Shown here: one piece after another, positions 1-11,182 of the stretch | Layout: each line of letters begins with the position of its first letter | Position numbering within the stretch: the stretch's first letter is position 1 | Assembly: GCF_004010195.1 (NCBI RefSeq) | Contig: NW_025214498.1 | Coordinates: forward strand, 1 to 44,923 | DNA: 44,923 nucleotides | Source of the DNA: Chiloscyllium plagiosum | Lineage: Eukaryota | Reading direction: 5' to 3' | Notes under the pieces: generated by a model | What the model was told of the DNA's origin: nothing | What the model saw: the letters and a program-made list of their open reading frames with translations, nothing else | Database searches by the model: none | Program-made: the position numbers and the translations under genes

Positions 1-27
1 TGAGTCTCGCATTCAACCACGCCTATC

Positions 28-110
28 ACGCGCACACACACACACACACTCTCTCTCTCAGACTCTGATGAACACAAACACACACACACGCACACAGGCA
101 GAGAGAGCAA
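28..110. repeat. (CA)n/(CT)n microsatellite
   Basis: cacacacacacacacactctctctca, then acacacacacacgcacac. Confidence 0.9.
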
Positions 111-761
111 ACCTTCCCATTGTAGGCAGTAATCTGATGCGAGTATGGTTAGCATATGATAGTAAAGTTTGCAATACTCTCTATGCTGGGCAGATAGTGC
201 AGTTTACTGAACAACACACTAGCATGGTCTGCACAGCTCTCCACGCTGGGCTGTCATCTTGTCCCAGTTTATGTTGTTTAAGGTGTTCTGTGAAGCAGAT
301 TCAGAATTTGATGTAACAAACCATTCCAGCTGATCTGACAATATCTTCATTCAATGTTCTTATTCTTCTAATTTTACTCTCGAAGATCTCACTTCTCCAG
401 TTAGTCCCACTGCCCTGACGTTTTCCACATATTCCCACAACATCTTTTCAGTTAATTAACTGTCTGTTTCTGTCTTTAATGTGAATCTCTCTGTCCCTCT
501 GTATCTTTCCCTGGCCTTGGGTTTTGGCTTCCTCGTGTATCGAGTGCTGACATTGTGTAGCTCAGAAATAATGAAATGGGGTGTCAAGCTATTGTTCACT
601 TCCTGGTATGTCCCATGTGATGGTCCATGGACAGGAGTATTTCAGCAGTTATGAGAAATATCCTTGCAACTTGGTCTGTACCTGTGGCTGTCCCTCTCAG
701 GTGACCTTGCGATCAGTAACACAAGGAAGCCCACTGAGTAAAGGACCAGGCATATAAATTG

Positions 762-1398
762 CCTGACAATGCTGTCACTTTTTAAATAAAATGTTATTTT
801 CTCCCTTCTTTTAGTAAGAGATCTTAAAGGCAAAACTTCTTACTGAAAACGGCTCAAGTAAATAACTTATGGGGCTTTTAGTGTTTTTAAATAAATAGCA
901 GTAACAGTGGCCAGCTGGCACAGACGAGCATTTCTAGTTTTTTTTTATTGTAGCGATAATAATCACCAGGTGCTTGGGGTCCCAGAACGGTTGTATGTTT
1001 CAGTAAATTATCCTTATCGGCTATTCTCTCTGGAACCTCACTTGATGCTGTTTCCTCCTGGATTGGCGAACTGTTTGCAAGAACGCATGCGTGAAAGTTC
1101 CTTTTTGCCAGGGGGGGTGTTTATGGGATGTTAGTATATTGGAACAGTTCATTAGTAGAAGGTACTGTATCCATTATTCAGTTAAGATTTCCAATAGTTA
1201 AATCATTCTAAATTCATCTTCATTTTTTACGGATTTTCATTAGAGTGTTTAAATATATTGTGCTATGCTTAATGGTGGGTGGTTTGAGTAGTTTGACATC
1301 TGGAACACCCATCTCACATCTACCTTTAAAATAAGGAAAGGTTGGCACCCAACCTACCTTCTTAAAATAGTATGAGGCAGCCTGGTTCGACCATAGCA
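762..1398 (+). repeat. 5' LTR of the Gypsy element (start approximate)
   Basis: Shares blocks with 4458-5072 (atgctgtttcctcctggattgg, cagtggccagct, ggtcccagaa, aaaataaggaaaggtt); ends in CA just before the PBS. Confidence 0.75.
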
Positions 1399-1401
1399 AA
1401 C

Positions 1402-1418
1402 TGGGGACTCTTGTCCGG
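1402..1418 (+). promoter_or_regulatory. Degenerate tRNA-Pro-like primer binding site (second copy ~2512-2528)
   Basis: tggggactcttgtccgg resembles the tRNA-Pro PBS TGGGGGCTCGTCCGGGAT and lies 3 nt after the LTR end. Confidence 0.6.
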
Positions 1419-1460
1419 TTCTAAATCAATATTACAAAATTAGGTTTAGAATTTGCAACC

Positions 1461-1690
1461 AGGCCATTCTCCCCAATAAGTCCACACCGATCCTCCGAGA
1501 AGAAACCTACACAGACCCATTCCTTTACCCTATTATTGCACATTTACCCCGACGAAGGCAACTAATCCACAGATCCATGAAAACTATGAACAATTTATCA
1601 TGGCCAATACACCTGATATGCACATCTTTGGATTGTGGGAGGAAACCAGAGAATCCAGAATAAGCTTATGCAGACACTGGAGAGTATGCA
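1461..1690 (-). mobile_element. HE1-type V-SINE fragment inserted in the Gypsy leader
   Basis: caatttatcatggccaatacacctgatatgcacatctttggattgtgggaggaaacc matches the reverse complement of the SINE copies at 34862-36110. Confidence 0.8.
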
Positions 1691-2570
1691 CCGGGAGACT
1701 ATTGGGTTCAAAGTTCGAGTATGGCAGTTGAAAGTGTCTTTTTTCTGGATGTTGAATTGGTTGGTTTAAACAGTATTTTGTGTATAAAGATTCAGTCACT
1801 AAGAGTTCTCTGGGTATGGAAAAATAAAGTTGGGGGTTTTACAAAAGGTAATGATGGCAAAGCTGTAGGAATTGACAGACAACCTGGAGTTGGGGTTGCG
1901 ATTGTCTGTGAGAAAATGAGAGATACTTACAGCTATAGCTCGGCAATTACGTTTAGTGTAACCGCCATCCGACTCTTTGGAAATGGCTGGAATTGAATTT
2001 CAAATGATGCTCTTTGAACATGAGAAGGAATTGAAAGAGTTTGAATTATGATGAAAAGTAGAAATAAAAGAAAGAGAAATTAAGAAGAAAGAGAGAAAAG
2101 GACAGAAGAAAATCAGAGAGTTTCAACTTAAAAAGTTAGCAATTAGAGAGGAAAGTTGACATAGAAGGCGGAGATGAAATCAGATGGTCGGCGGGATGAG
2201 GAGGATAGTGAGATTGAACAACCCTATTGTAACCAATTGCCTAACGGGGTTCTGCTTAAATGCATCCAGGCATTATCTAAATTTGATGGGAAGGATGGGG
2301 AAGCCTTTTGAATTTCATTTGAGAAAGTGGCTAAACAAATGCAGACGCCGGCGACCATGTGGATTTAGTTGATCCAAAGCTGATAGGTATTTGCATCCCT
2401 ATCGGACATCTGGAACACCCATCTCACATCTACCTTTAAAATAAGGAAAGGTTGGCACCCAACCTACCTTCTTAAAATAGTTTGAGGCAGCCTGGTTCGA
2501 CCATAGCAAACTGGGGACTCTTGTCCGGTTCTAAATTAATATTACAAAATTGGGTTTAGAATTTGCAACC

Positions 2571-2800
2571 AGGCCATTCTCCCCAACAAGTCCACACCGA
2601 TCCTCCGAGAAGAAACCTACACAGACCCATTCCTTTACCCTATTATTGCACATTTACCCCGACGAAGGCAACTAACCCACAGATCCCTGAAAACTATGAA
2701 CAATTTATCATGGCCAATACACCTGATATGCACATCGTTGGATTGTGGGAGGAAACCAGAGAATCCAGAATCAGCTCATGCAGACACTGGAGAGTATGCA
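2571..2800 (-). mobile_element. HE1-type V-SINE fragment (duplicated copy)
   Basis: Copy of 1461-1690 within the tandem duplication. Confidence 0.8.
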
Positions 2801-3649
2801 CAGGGAGACTATTGGGTTCAAAGTTCGAGTATGGTAGTTGAAAGTGTCTTTTTTCTGGATGTTGAATTCGGTTAGTTTAAACAGTATTTTGTGTATAAAG
2901 ATTCAGTTACTAAGAGTTCTCTGGGTGTGGAAAAGTAAAGTGGGGGTTTTACAAAAGGTAATGAAGGCAAAGCTGTAGGAATTGACAGACAACCTGGAGT
3001 TGGGGTTGCAATTGTCTGTGAGAAAATGAGAGATACTTACAGCTATAGCTCGGCAATTACGTTTAGTGGAACCGCCATCAGACTCTTTGGAAATGGCTGG
3101 AATTCAATTTCAAATGATACTCTTTGAACATGAGAAGGAATTGAAAGAGTTTGAATTATGATGAAAAGTAGAACTAAAAAAAGAGAAATTAAGAAGAAAG
3201 AGAGAAAAGGACAGAAGAAAATCAGAGAGTTTCAACTTAAAAAGTTAGCAATTAGAGAGGAAAGTTGACATAGAAGGCGGAGATGAAATCAGATGGTCGG
3301 CGGGATGAGGAGGATAGTGAGATTGAACAACCCTATTGTAACCAATTGCCTAACGGGGTTCTGCTTAAATGCATCCAGGCATTATCTAAATTTGCAGACG
3401 CCGGCGACCATGTGGATTTAGTTGATCCAAAGCTGATAGGTATTTGCATCCCTATCGGAGGAGGTATCTGGTCAGTATGGAGTGGTGAAGAAAGCCATTT
3501 GAAGTGCATATAAGCTTGTGCCAGAAACTGACAGACAACGTTACAAGAATCTAAAAGAGGGTCCCTGGTTAAACGCACATTGAGTTTGAAAGGATCAAAC
3601 AAAGTAATTTTGAAAGGCGAGTAAGTGTATTAAAAACAGAGCAAACCTA

Positions 3650-3780
3650 TGACCCTCTCAGAGAGATTCTTATTTTGGAGAAGTTCAACAATTCACTTCC
3701 TGCAGTCGTGAGAACTCGTGTGGAAGAGCAGAGAGTAAAAACGGCAAGATTAGAAGCTGAAATGGCTGATGATGATGATT
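3650..3780 (+). pseudogene. Gypsy gag SCAN-like domain remnant
   Basis: Translates LREILILEKFNNSLPAVVRTRVEEQRVKTARLEAEMADD, similar to the SCAN/capsid C-terminal motif LILEqF..lP..vr.wV. Confidence 0.7.
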
Positions 3781-4009
3781 GAGTTCAGAAATCAAAGTTT
3801 GGTTTCTGTGAGAGATGGAGAAGAATGTGAGGTCTTGTTAAGGTTTACTGGCATAGGCCAGGAGTAGCAGGTGAAGAGGTTAGAGCATTAAGAGGTACAG
3901 AAGCATGTAATTCTTTTATGCTGAGACATGAGGAGCTATGTCATTCAAAAGGACTATTGGAAAGATTAGAAGTGCTCCATTATGTAACGTGTGGTTGGAG
4001 TGTCCAGTG

Positions 4010-4270
4010 GAAACATGAACAGACTTATTCCACAATGGGGAAGGAGGCCTTGAGCTTGGTGTTGGCCTTGCAACATTTCAGATTTACGTTGCCAATAACA
4101 TACAAGAGACAAATCTTTATCACTGATCGTGACCCCTTAAAGATTTTGGAGAAGTTGAGGGAGAAAAATACCAGTCTGTTTCGATTGAGCTTATTATTGC
4201 TGCCATTCGGTTTGAAACTATACAGGTGACAGGGCGGGAAAACCTAAGTTTTGACACGTTGTGGAGACTT
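4010..4270 (+). pseudogene. Gypsy RNase H domain remnant
   Basis: HEQTYSTMGKEALSLVLALQHF...TDRDPLKIL...LFRLSLLLLPF...GRENLSFDTLWR fits the Ty3 RNase H pattern YStiEkE.LAlv.Al..F..TDH.PL..RW..L..G.eN..AD.LSR. Confidence 0.85.
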
Positions 4271-4457
4271 GGATGAAGAAACGCAAAGGCATTCTGTGGC
4301 AGGAGTAAAATGACTGAAGTCGAAATAGATGTGAATATTTGTATACTCAGGGTCAATGTAATATATATGCATTTCAGTCTATTAATAGAGGAAGATTAGG
4401 ATGTCTAAAATGAATCTATCTTTGTGTATTGATGGATTATTTTATTAAAGATGGAGT

Positions 4458-5072
4458 TGTGAGGATACTATCACTGTAAAAAGGTTATTTTCTCTTGGGT
4501 TTTTTTTGAAGGGAGGTGTTAAAGGCAGAGGTGCAGAACTGCTGTCTGAAAACAGTTTAAATAAATAACTGAGATTTTAGGTTTCATTAAAGCGGTGGTA
4601 ACAATGGAAGGGCAGTGGCCAGCTCTCCCAGACCAGGTTTCCTCATTTTGTTTTTAGCTGCAGCATTCAGAACCTGATCTGGTCCCAGAAGGGTTGGAAG
4701 TTTCAATACATGGTCACCAGCTGCTGTTCTCTCTGAGATCTCTGTTCATGCTGTTTCCTCCTGGATTGGAAAACTGCTATAAGGATCTATATTTGAATAT
4801 ATCTTTGGGCCAAGCGGTGTAAACCAAAAAGGTACGGTATCTATTGTTTGTGTAAGTGTTCCAACATATAAGCTATCCCAAAATGTTATTTTCTTTGATT
4901 GTATTTTAACTAAAGCATTTGAATAGATTATATTTTGCTTAATGTCGAGTGGTTTGACCAGACACAACATATCTGTAAGGCACACTTCACATCTATATTC
5001 AAAATAAGGAAAGGTTTGGGTCTAAACGGCCTTCTTACAATATTTTGCGGGGATCTGGTCTGGTCCACAACA
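4458..5072 (+). repeat. 3' LTR of the Gypsy element
   Basis: TG...CA termini, preceded by a degenerate purine tract (aaagatggag), homologous to 762-1398. Confidence 0.75.
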
Positions 5073-6639
5073 CTTGTAGCGAGGGGCCTCTGACTGGCTT
5101 CTGTAATTGAAAATTTAGTGGAGGGGCAGGGGATGCTTTGCTCGAGGTTGTGCTGTAAGTTGCCTCAGACATTCAGGGAGACTTGAGGAATTGGTGACCC
5201 AACTCTGGATGGAGCATGGGGACTGTAGTTACAACATCTGAGCCTGCAACATTAAAGACAAATGGAACAGAAGCTGCAGAGAGGGGAAGCTCTGAAACCA
5301 CACAGTGAGTGTGTGTGTGGAGAAAGGGATCTGCTGTATCCACATAGAGTTTCCAGGAACAGCTTCCTAAACTCCACTTGACCCAGGAGCAGAGTGTGAG
5401 GGGCCCTAACTAAACAAGGAGCTGGTCACAGAGCGGTGTCACCTCCTTCAACGCGACCTACAGCTTCACACGGGGTGGGGGGGGGGGGGAGGATGGTGCT
5501 GCCAGTGGCTGATAGGGTCACTGTTCCATTCAGCTTCTATGATCCAGAACTTTCCAGGCAGGACTAGGTGACATATCCATCATTTCCCAGTATCTCAACA
5601 TCAATGTCACCATTCGCTAAAGGAAGATAAATGTGGTGGATGAGGTAAAATACATTGTTCTCCCACAGCGAGGTGCTGCCGGTTGTATCCAGTATAGTGG
5701 GATTCCCGATGGTGTACATGGCATCTACAGAGTCCCCATGTCAATGGGGAGAGGTAGAGGAACTGAAGGAGCTCTCTCTCTCTCTCTCTCTCTATTAATG
5801 TGCCCATCACAGTACATCATATTGGTGAATACTCACTGTCCTGGTGGCAGTCACGGCCTCTTCATTCAGAAGCAGTCAGCCATTCCCATCGTCATCGGGT
5901 CTCTACGTAGAAAGAAATGAATATATCTTGGATAAAGGCTGTCCCCTTGATGCACGTTTCTAAATATCATCCCCACCACCAATCAACCACATCAAAGTAT
6001 TCCATGTGTACGGAGAGCAATAGGGTCACTTTGAGTGTCTGGGAGCAGATGATCGGGGATGGAGCAAAACCTCCCATTTGAACGGATCTGAGTGAACCCC
6101 GAGTACACAGTATCATTAAGTCCTGCAATCCCTCTCCATTTCAGTAACATACTGCCTGCCATTATTCCTGTAAATGAAATGACAAGTGAAATCATGTTAA
6201 ATTCCACCTGCCAAACTATTACCTATTGCCTTTACCACTCTGAATCTATTTGCAGACTCTCCAATTTCTCTTGATAATTTAATCTCTTCCTTAACTCAGC
6301 GACATCACCAAACGCAGCATCTGTATACCTGTTCCATCCTCCTGATCAATAATATAGATTGTTAATAGTTGAGAACCCAGTGCTGGTCACTGTGTGATCC
6401 TACTGGTTATGGTCTCTCGAACAGATTGAGACTGATTTATCCTGAGTGCCTGCTTCCTGTATGATACCCAGTCCTCCCCCATTCCTGGGCAACACAGAAA
6501 AGGTTGAATAAGAACAAGGAGTATCTGTGAGGAATCCAACCCCTCGATGAGTCTGATGTCACCATGGCCTCTGTTCCACTTTCCTGCCATTTCTCCATCC
6601 TAAAACTACAGTCTCTTGTTGTAGATTGCGCCACATGAA

Positions 6640-7370
6640 TAAAAAATCCACTCCACATCTACACTTTCAATTACCTTTAGCATTTTACAGATCTCAATGA
6701 GATCTCCTTTCATTCTTATAAACTCGTCAGTATAGGCCTAAACTGCTCAATTTCTCTTCATAAGGCAAACACTTCAAATATGGAATCAATCTAATGAAGC
6801 TCTTCTGAATTGTCTCCAATGGAAATACCTCATTCTGCGGGCCACCCAAACTATACTCCAGTTGCAGCCTCACTAATGCCTTGCATAGCTGCACCTTTCT
6901 ACTCTATCCTTTTATAAATAAACACTGAAATTATGCTTGCATTTCTCATTATTTGCAGGACCAGCAGGCAGGTTTTCTGTGATATGCAAGCAGACACCCA
7001 GATCCCTCTGCACCTAAGCACTTTGAACTTTCTCTCCATTTAGATAATAATTCGTCTTTTTATTATACTGACCAACTTGAATATCCCCATATTTATTCCC
7101 TTTAATTATCCTTGCCAAATATTGGCCCATTCACGCAACCTATCCATATAGTTTTAAAATCTCTTGCATCATCATTCCGAAGTAATTTCCCACCGATGTG
7201 GGCGTCATCTGAAAATGTGGCATCTTATTTTCTATCCCATCAACCGAGTACAGTAATACCATCGATCGCAAATGGTTGAGGCATGAGAACTGAAATCAAT
7301 GGCACCCCACAAATTGCATTTGCCAAAATAAAATGACACATTTATTCCATCTGACTCCATTTTGTTGGTT
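6640..7370 (-). mobile_element. Degenerate CR1 LINE 3' RT fragment
   Basis: Minus strand shows decayed GVP.GSVL.P (tggggtgccattgatttcagttctc) and TFSDDAHIGG (=KFADDTKIGG) plus downstream CR1 C-terminal sequence. Confidence 0.75.
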
Positions 7371-7375
7371 AACGT

Positions 7376-7694
7376 TGCAATGAAGGTGCTAGCTTATAAC
7401 GAAAGGATGATCAGGTTGACCCAGTAGCCATAGGAGTTTACAAAAATTAAGGGTGATCTTATTTCAACATAGATGACAGAAGGAGTCAACAATTGAAGCG
7501 AATTACACAGATAATGGAGGAATCCATTCCGTTCTCCAGCCTGTTACACAGGAACAACAGGAGGATATTCTGGCCTTCGACCCTGTTACACCAAAACAGG
7601 ATGAGACTATTCAGCCCATGGAGCCTGACATACATTTGCAGAAGGAGGCCAATCAGCCACTCGACCCTATAACAGTAGGCCCTGCTGCACCAGT
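7376..7694 (-). repeat. Inverted copy of 10198-10516
   Basis: High-identity reverse complement, e.g. tgcaatgaaggtgctagcttataacgaaagg vs cctttcgttataagctagcaccttcattgca. Confidence 0.95.
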
Positions 7695-7814
7695 GACCAC
7701 AATGTTTTCTTTTATGCTGTTTGAGTGCACGGCAGTTTTTGTTGTATTTGAAGTAACCGTTAGAATTCTGAGTCATGCAAGCCAACAAGGTGTGAGGAGA
7801 AAGTGGGGATTACC

Positions 7815-8480
7815 GATGCTGAAGATCAGAGTCGAAGAATGTGGTGCTGGAAAAGCATAGTCAGACAGCATACTAAGAGCAGATAAATCGATGTTTTGGA
7901 CATAAGCCCTTCATCAGGAATGAAGCTTATGGGCCAAGGGGGCTGAGAGATAAATGAGAAGAGGGTGCGGCAGTGGAGAGGTAGCTGTGATTGCGATAGG
8001 TAGATGAAGGTGCGGTTGAACGTGATAGGTGATGAAGGGAGACAGAACGCCTCATCTACTGCATCCATTAAACCCAATGTGGTCTTCTCTACATTGGCGA
8101 GGCAGGGGGTCAACTTGTAGATCATTTCAGGGAACATCTCTGGGACAGCCACATTGAACTACACCATCGCCTAGTGGGTGAGCACTTTAACTCCCCTTCC
8201 CACTCTGCCAAGGACATGGGCCTGCTCCATCGCCGAACCCGAGCCACCAGAAGCCTGGAGGAAGAAAGCGTCCTCTTCTGCCTTGGGACCCTCCAACCAC
8301 AGGGGATCATAGTTGATTTCCCCATTTCCCCATTTCCCCTAATCCCACCTGATCCCACTCCAACCTTCCAAATCAGCACCGCCCTTTTGAACGTTCCTGT
8401 GTGTCCACCTTCCTTCCTATCAATCTAGTCCACCCTCCTCACCGAATATCACATTCAACCCCACCTTCATCTACCAATTA
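7815..8480 (+). mobile_element. Penelope-like element fragment: inverted pLTR plus GIY-YIG C-terminus and 3' UTR
   Basis: GEHFNSPSHSAKDM..LEEESVLFCLGTLQPQGIIVDF; ~7999-8027 is the reverse complement of ~8447-8475 (inverted pLTR). Confidence 0.8.
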
Positions 8481-8499
8481 GATGAAAGGAGGCAGCTGA

Positions 8500-10008
8500 G
8501 AAAAATGCCAAGTGGTGCAGTGAGCCAATGGATTCAGAGAAATGTAGGACCCAGCAAAGGATGGCCAAGAAACTGAGAAGAAAATCAAAAAGAGAAAAAG
8601 CGTGCAAACAAATGAAAAACATAAAGACTGCTAAAAAGCGTCTATCAATGTATGAAAAAAAATAAAAACAAGGTCAAATGTGGAACAGTTGGGTGTGCGT
8701 TCAGGATAATTTATTGCAGAGAACAGAGAAATCGCGGGGAAAAGAAACAGTTTATTTGCCTCTATCTTCATGGAAGAATGTCCAGAAATTCTTCCAGAAA
8801 TACCAAGTGACCCTGGGACTTGTGTAAGTAAAATCTAAGATCATTCTTATCAGTGTTGGGGTCATCTTTGAAAAGAAAGCTGGATTGAGTATTTATAAAT
8901 CTGACAGACAAGATGCACATCAGACACGAATTTCAGAGGAAGCAGCAATAGACATGTTGATTGCCTCACGGATTTTCACTTTATTTTCCGACACACTCCC
9001 GCAAGGCATTTAGCCAATCTGGATAAGGCAAAGGTTATAAATATTACCCAACAGTTTAAGAAAGGCTGAAGGTGGAGAGTGGTGACCTACAGACCAGTTA
9101 TCTTGTCATCCACAGTCAGGTATCTGTTGGACTCGATTACAAAGAACATGCTACTAGATATTTAGAAGGTAATAACATAACTGGGGAGTGTGGTAATTTA
9201 CCGATGAAAGGAAAACCAGAAGTGGCAAACATTGTCTGGAATGGTTTGAAGATGATTCTTGTGGACATAGGCAATGATGGACCATTGGATAGCGTATAGG
9301 TGGATATTCATGAGCTTTTTTTAAAGAACTCACACAGTAAGCTCATAAAAAAAAAGGTAAACCGAGAGGTATTGGGAATAACATATGCAAATGGGAAAGT
9401 AAAAATTAGGTTTACATTCATGTGAATGTAATTGGAAGATAGAGGATGCCGTGCACCAGTTGCATCGAGCGTTGGTAAGATTAAACTTATAGTATTGTGT
9501 ATCATTCGGAGTCCCAATCGAAGAAAGAATATACTGACTACAGAAGAACTGCAAAAGGTATTCTACAAATAAATCCCTAACTTGGCAAGCTTGTCTGACG
9601 GGGAAACTCAGCCTGTAACCTCGAGTTTCAAAACATGAGAGCTGATTGTCGTACATCTTAGAAACATCGAAAGGACTGAATAACAGAGGGACATGGAGAA
9701 GTACAAGTAGGCGAGATAAGGGAGAATCCCACGATATTCTCAACGGACAAGTCGAACAGAATAATCAGCAAACAGTTAGTGTCCATTCGAAACCAAAGGG
9801 GCAATCTTTGTGTCAAGCTGGAGAACATTGATGGATTGTTACATGAGACCTTCACATCTATTTTACTTGGGAGAAGGAGGAGGCAGGTATAGAATTCAAG
9901 AAGATGGACTGGGGAGCTCTTGAAGAGATTGATTTAAAATACGAGATTGGATTTGAGGTTTTGTTCTGTACAAATTTGGACCAATCTCCATGTCTGAATG
10001 AGTTGTAT
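8500..10008 (+). mobile_element. Highly degenerate CR1 ORF2 remnant
   Basis: QQRMAKKL..NIKTAK..KVKCG (cf. QQRITKKEI..KLAKNMK..KTKIGPL in the 29815-32469 element); decayed RT motifs downstream. Confidence 0.6.
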
Positions 10009-10152
10009 NNNNNNNNNNNNNNNNNNNNNNNNNNNNNNNNNNNNNNNNNNNNNNNNNNNNNNNNNNNNNNNNNNNNNNNNNNNNNNNNNNNNNNNNNNNN
10101 NNNNNNNNNNNNNNNNNNNNNNNNNNNNNNNNNNNNNNNNNNNNNNNNNNNN

Positions 10153-10390
10153 CTTGAGGAGGCTGAATGGACTGATCCTGTTGCTGTTTAACAGGATACT
10201 GGTGCAGCATGGCCTACTGTTATAGGCTCGAGTGGTTGATTGGCCTCCTTCTGTAAATGTATGTCAGGTTCCATGGGCTGACTAGCCTCGTCCTGTTTAG
10301 GTGTAACAGGGTCGAAGGCCAGAATATCCTCCTGTTGTTCCTGTGTAACAGGCTGGAGAACGGAATGGATTCCTCCACTATCTGTGTAAT
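10153..10390 (+). repeat. Degenerate ~30-42-bp minisatellite resembling the CR1 3'-terminal motif
   Basis: About six units of the form (tgtaacagg)ctcgagnggctgaatggcctcctcctgtt. Confidence 0.65.
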
Positions 10391-10399
10391 TCGCTTCAA

Positions 10400-10645
10400 T
10401 TGTTGACTCCTTCTGTCATCTATGTTGAAATAAGATCACCCCTAATTTTTGTAAACTACAATGGCTACTGGGTCAACCTGATCATCCTTTCGTTATAAGC
10501 TAGCACCTTCATTGCAGGAATCAGTTGAGGGAACCATCTCTGAGCTGCTTCCAATGGAACAACATCCTTTCTTCATTGAAGAGATTAAATCTGTACACAC
10601 TACTCCAGATGTGATCTCATTAAGACCCTGTACAGCATCAGCAAA
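10400..10645 (-). mobile_element. CR1 LINE C-terminal fragment
   Basis: ctgtacacactactccagatgtgatctcattaagaccctgtacagc encodes a LYR.L.R.HLE.CVQ-like motif on the minus strand. Confidence 0.65.
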
Positions 10646-11182
10646 ACTTTACCAGCCGGCTGTAAGGTTCCCACCCAAGTTAGAGCTGTCTCAGCTCTCT
10701 GGGGGAATACAGAGCATTGTTGGAAGATCATTATCTTTCTCTACGCCACAGCATAACGGGAGATCTGGAGAAATTAAAGTTTGAGAAAATCATAAACGAT
10801 GTGGCGAAATGATCTATACCATTAATCTCTCCAGAGCCCACATCGCTCAGATTCCACAGAATCTAGTAAGGTGGAGCAAACATTGATGGGAGTTATATAT
10901 CAAAGTGAAAACTGCAACACAAATGCAGGACATGTAATAAAACAGGAAATGAGAGATACACATTAGTGGGTACTGCAGTAATAATATATGTTTAAATTAT
11001 ATCTAAACTGTGTTAACCCAATTGAATGCTAATGCTAGGAAAATGGATTTCATGACCGCGTGTGAGATGGTTTACATTAACATTATATCGAGCACTGAGC
11101 TCGAGATCAGGCTATTTAGGAATTCGTGATGAGTGATCAGAAGAGCTAATTGTAACTTTTGATGGAAATGACCTTTTGGGAA

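Larger units (their letters stand above)
1295..3458 (+). repeat. Tandem duplication of ~1.1 kb (1295-2404 and 2405-3458)
   Basis: Near-identical copies offset by 1110 bp, both starting gacatctggaacacccatctcacatc; copy 2 lacks ~56 bp of gag. Confidence 0.95.
762..5072 (+). mobile_element. Degenerate, internally deleted Gmr1-like Ty3/Gypsy LTR retrotransposon
   Basis: Two diverged ~620-bp direct repeats, a PBS after the first, a purine tract before the second. Gag remnant IQALSKFDGKDGEAF*ISFEKVAKQMQ, SCAN-like REILILEKFNNSLPAVVRTRVEEQRVKTARLEAEMADD, and RNase H as the last pol domain. Confidence 0.8.
7691..10008 (+). repeat. ~2.3-kb direct duplication, copy 1 (copy 2 at 11183-13501)
   Basis: Collinear near-identity, including duplicated ORF-track peptides (MGEHFN.PSHSAKDM...); copy 1 runs into an N-gap. 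Confidence 0.95.

Noticed and set aside
7530..7694. CRISPR-like regularly spaced repeats
   Set aside because: Vertebrate context, no unique spacers, no cas genes; explained as a degenerate LINE-tail minisatellite
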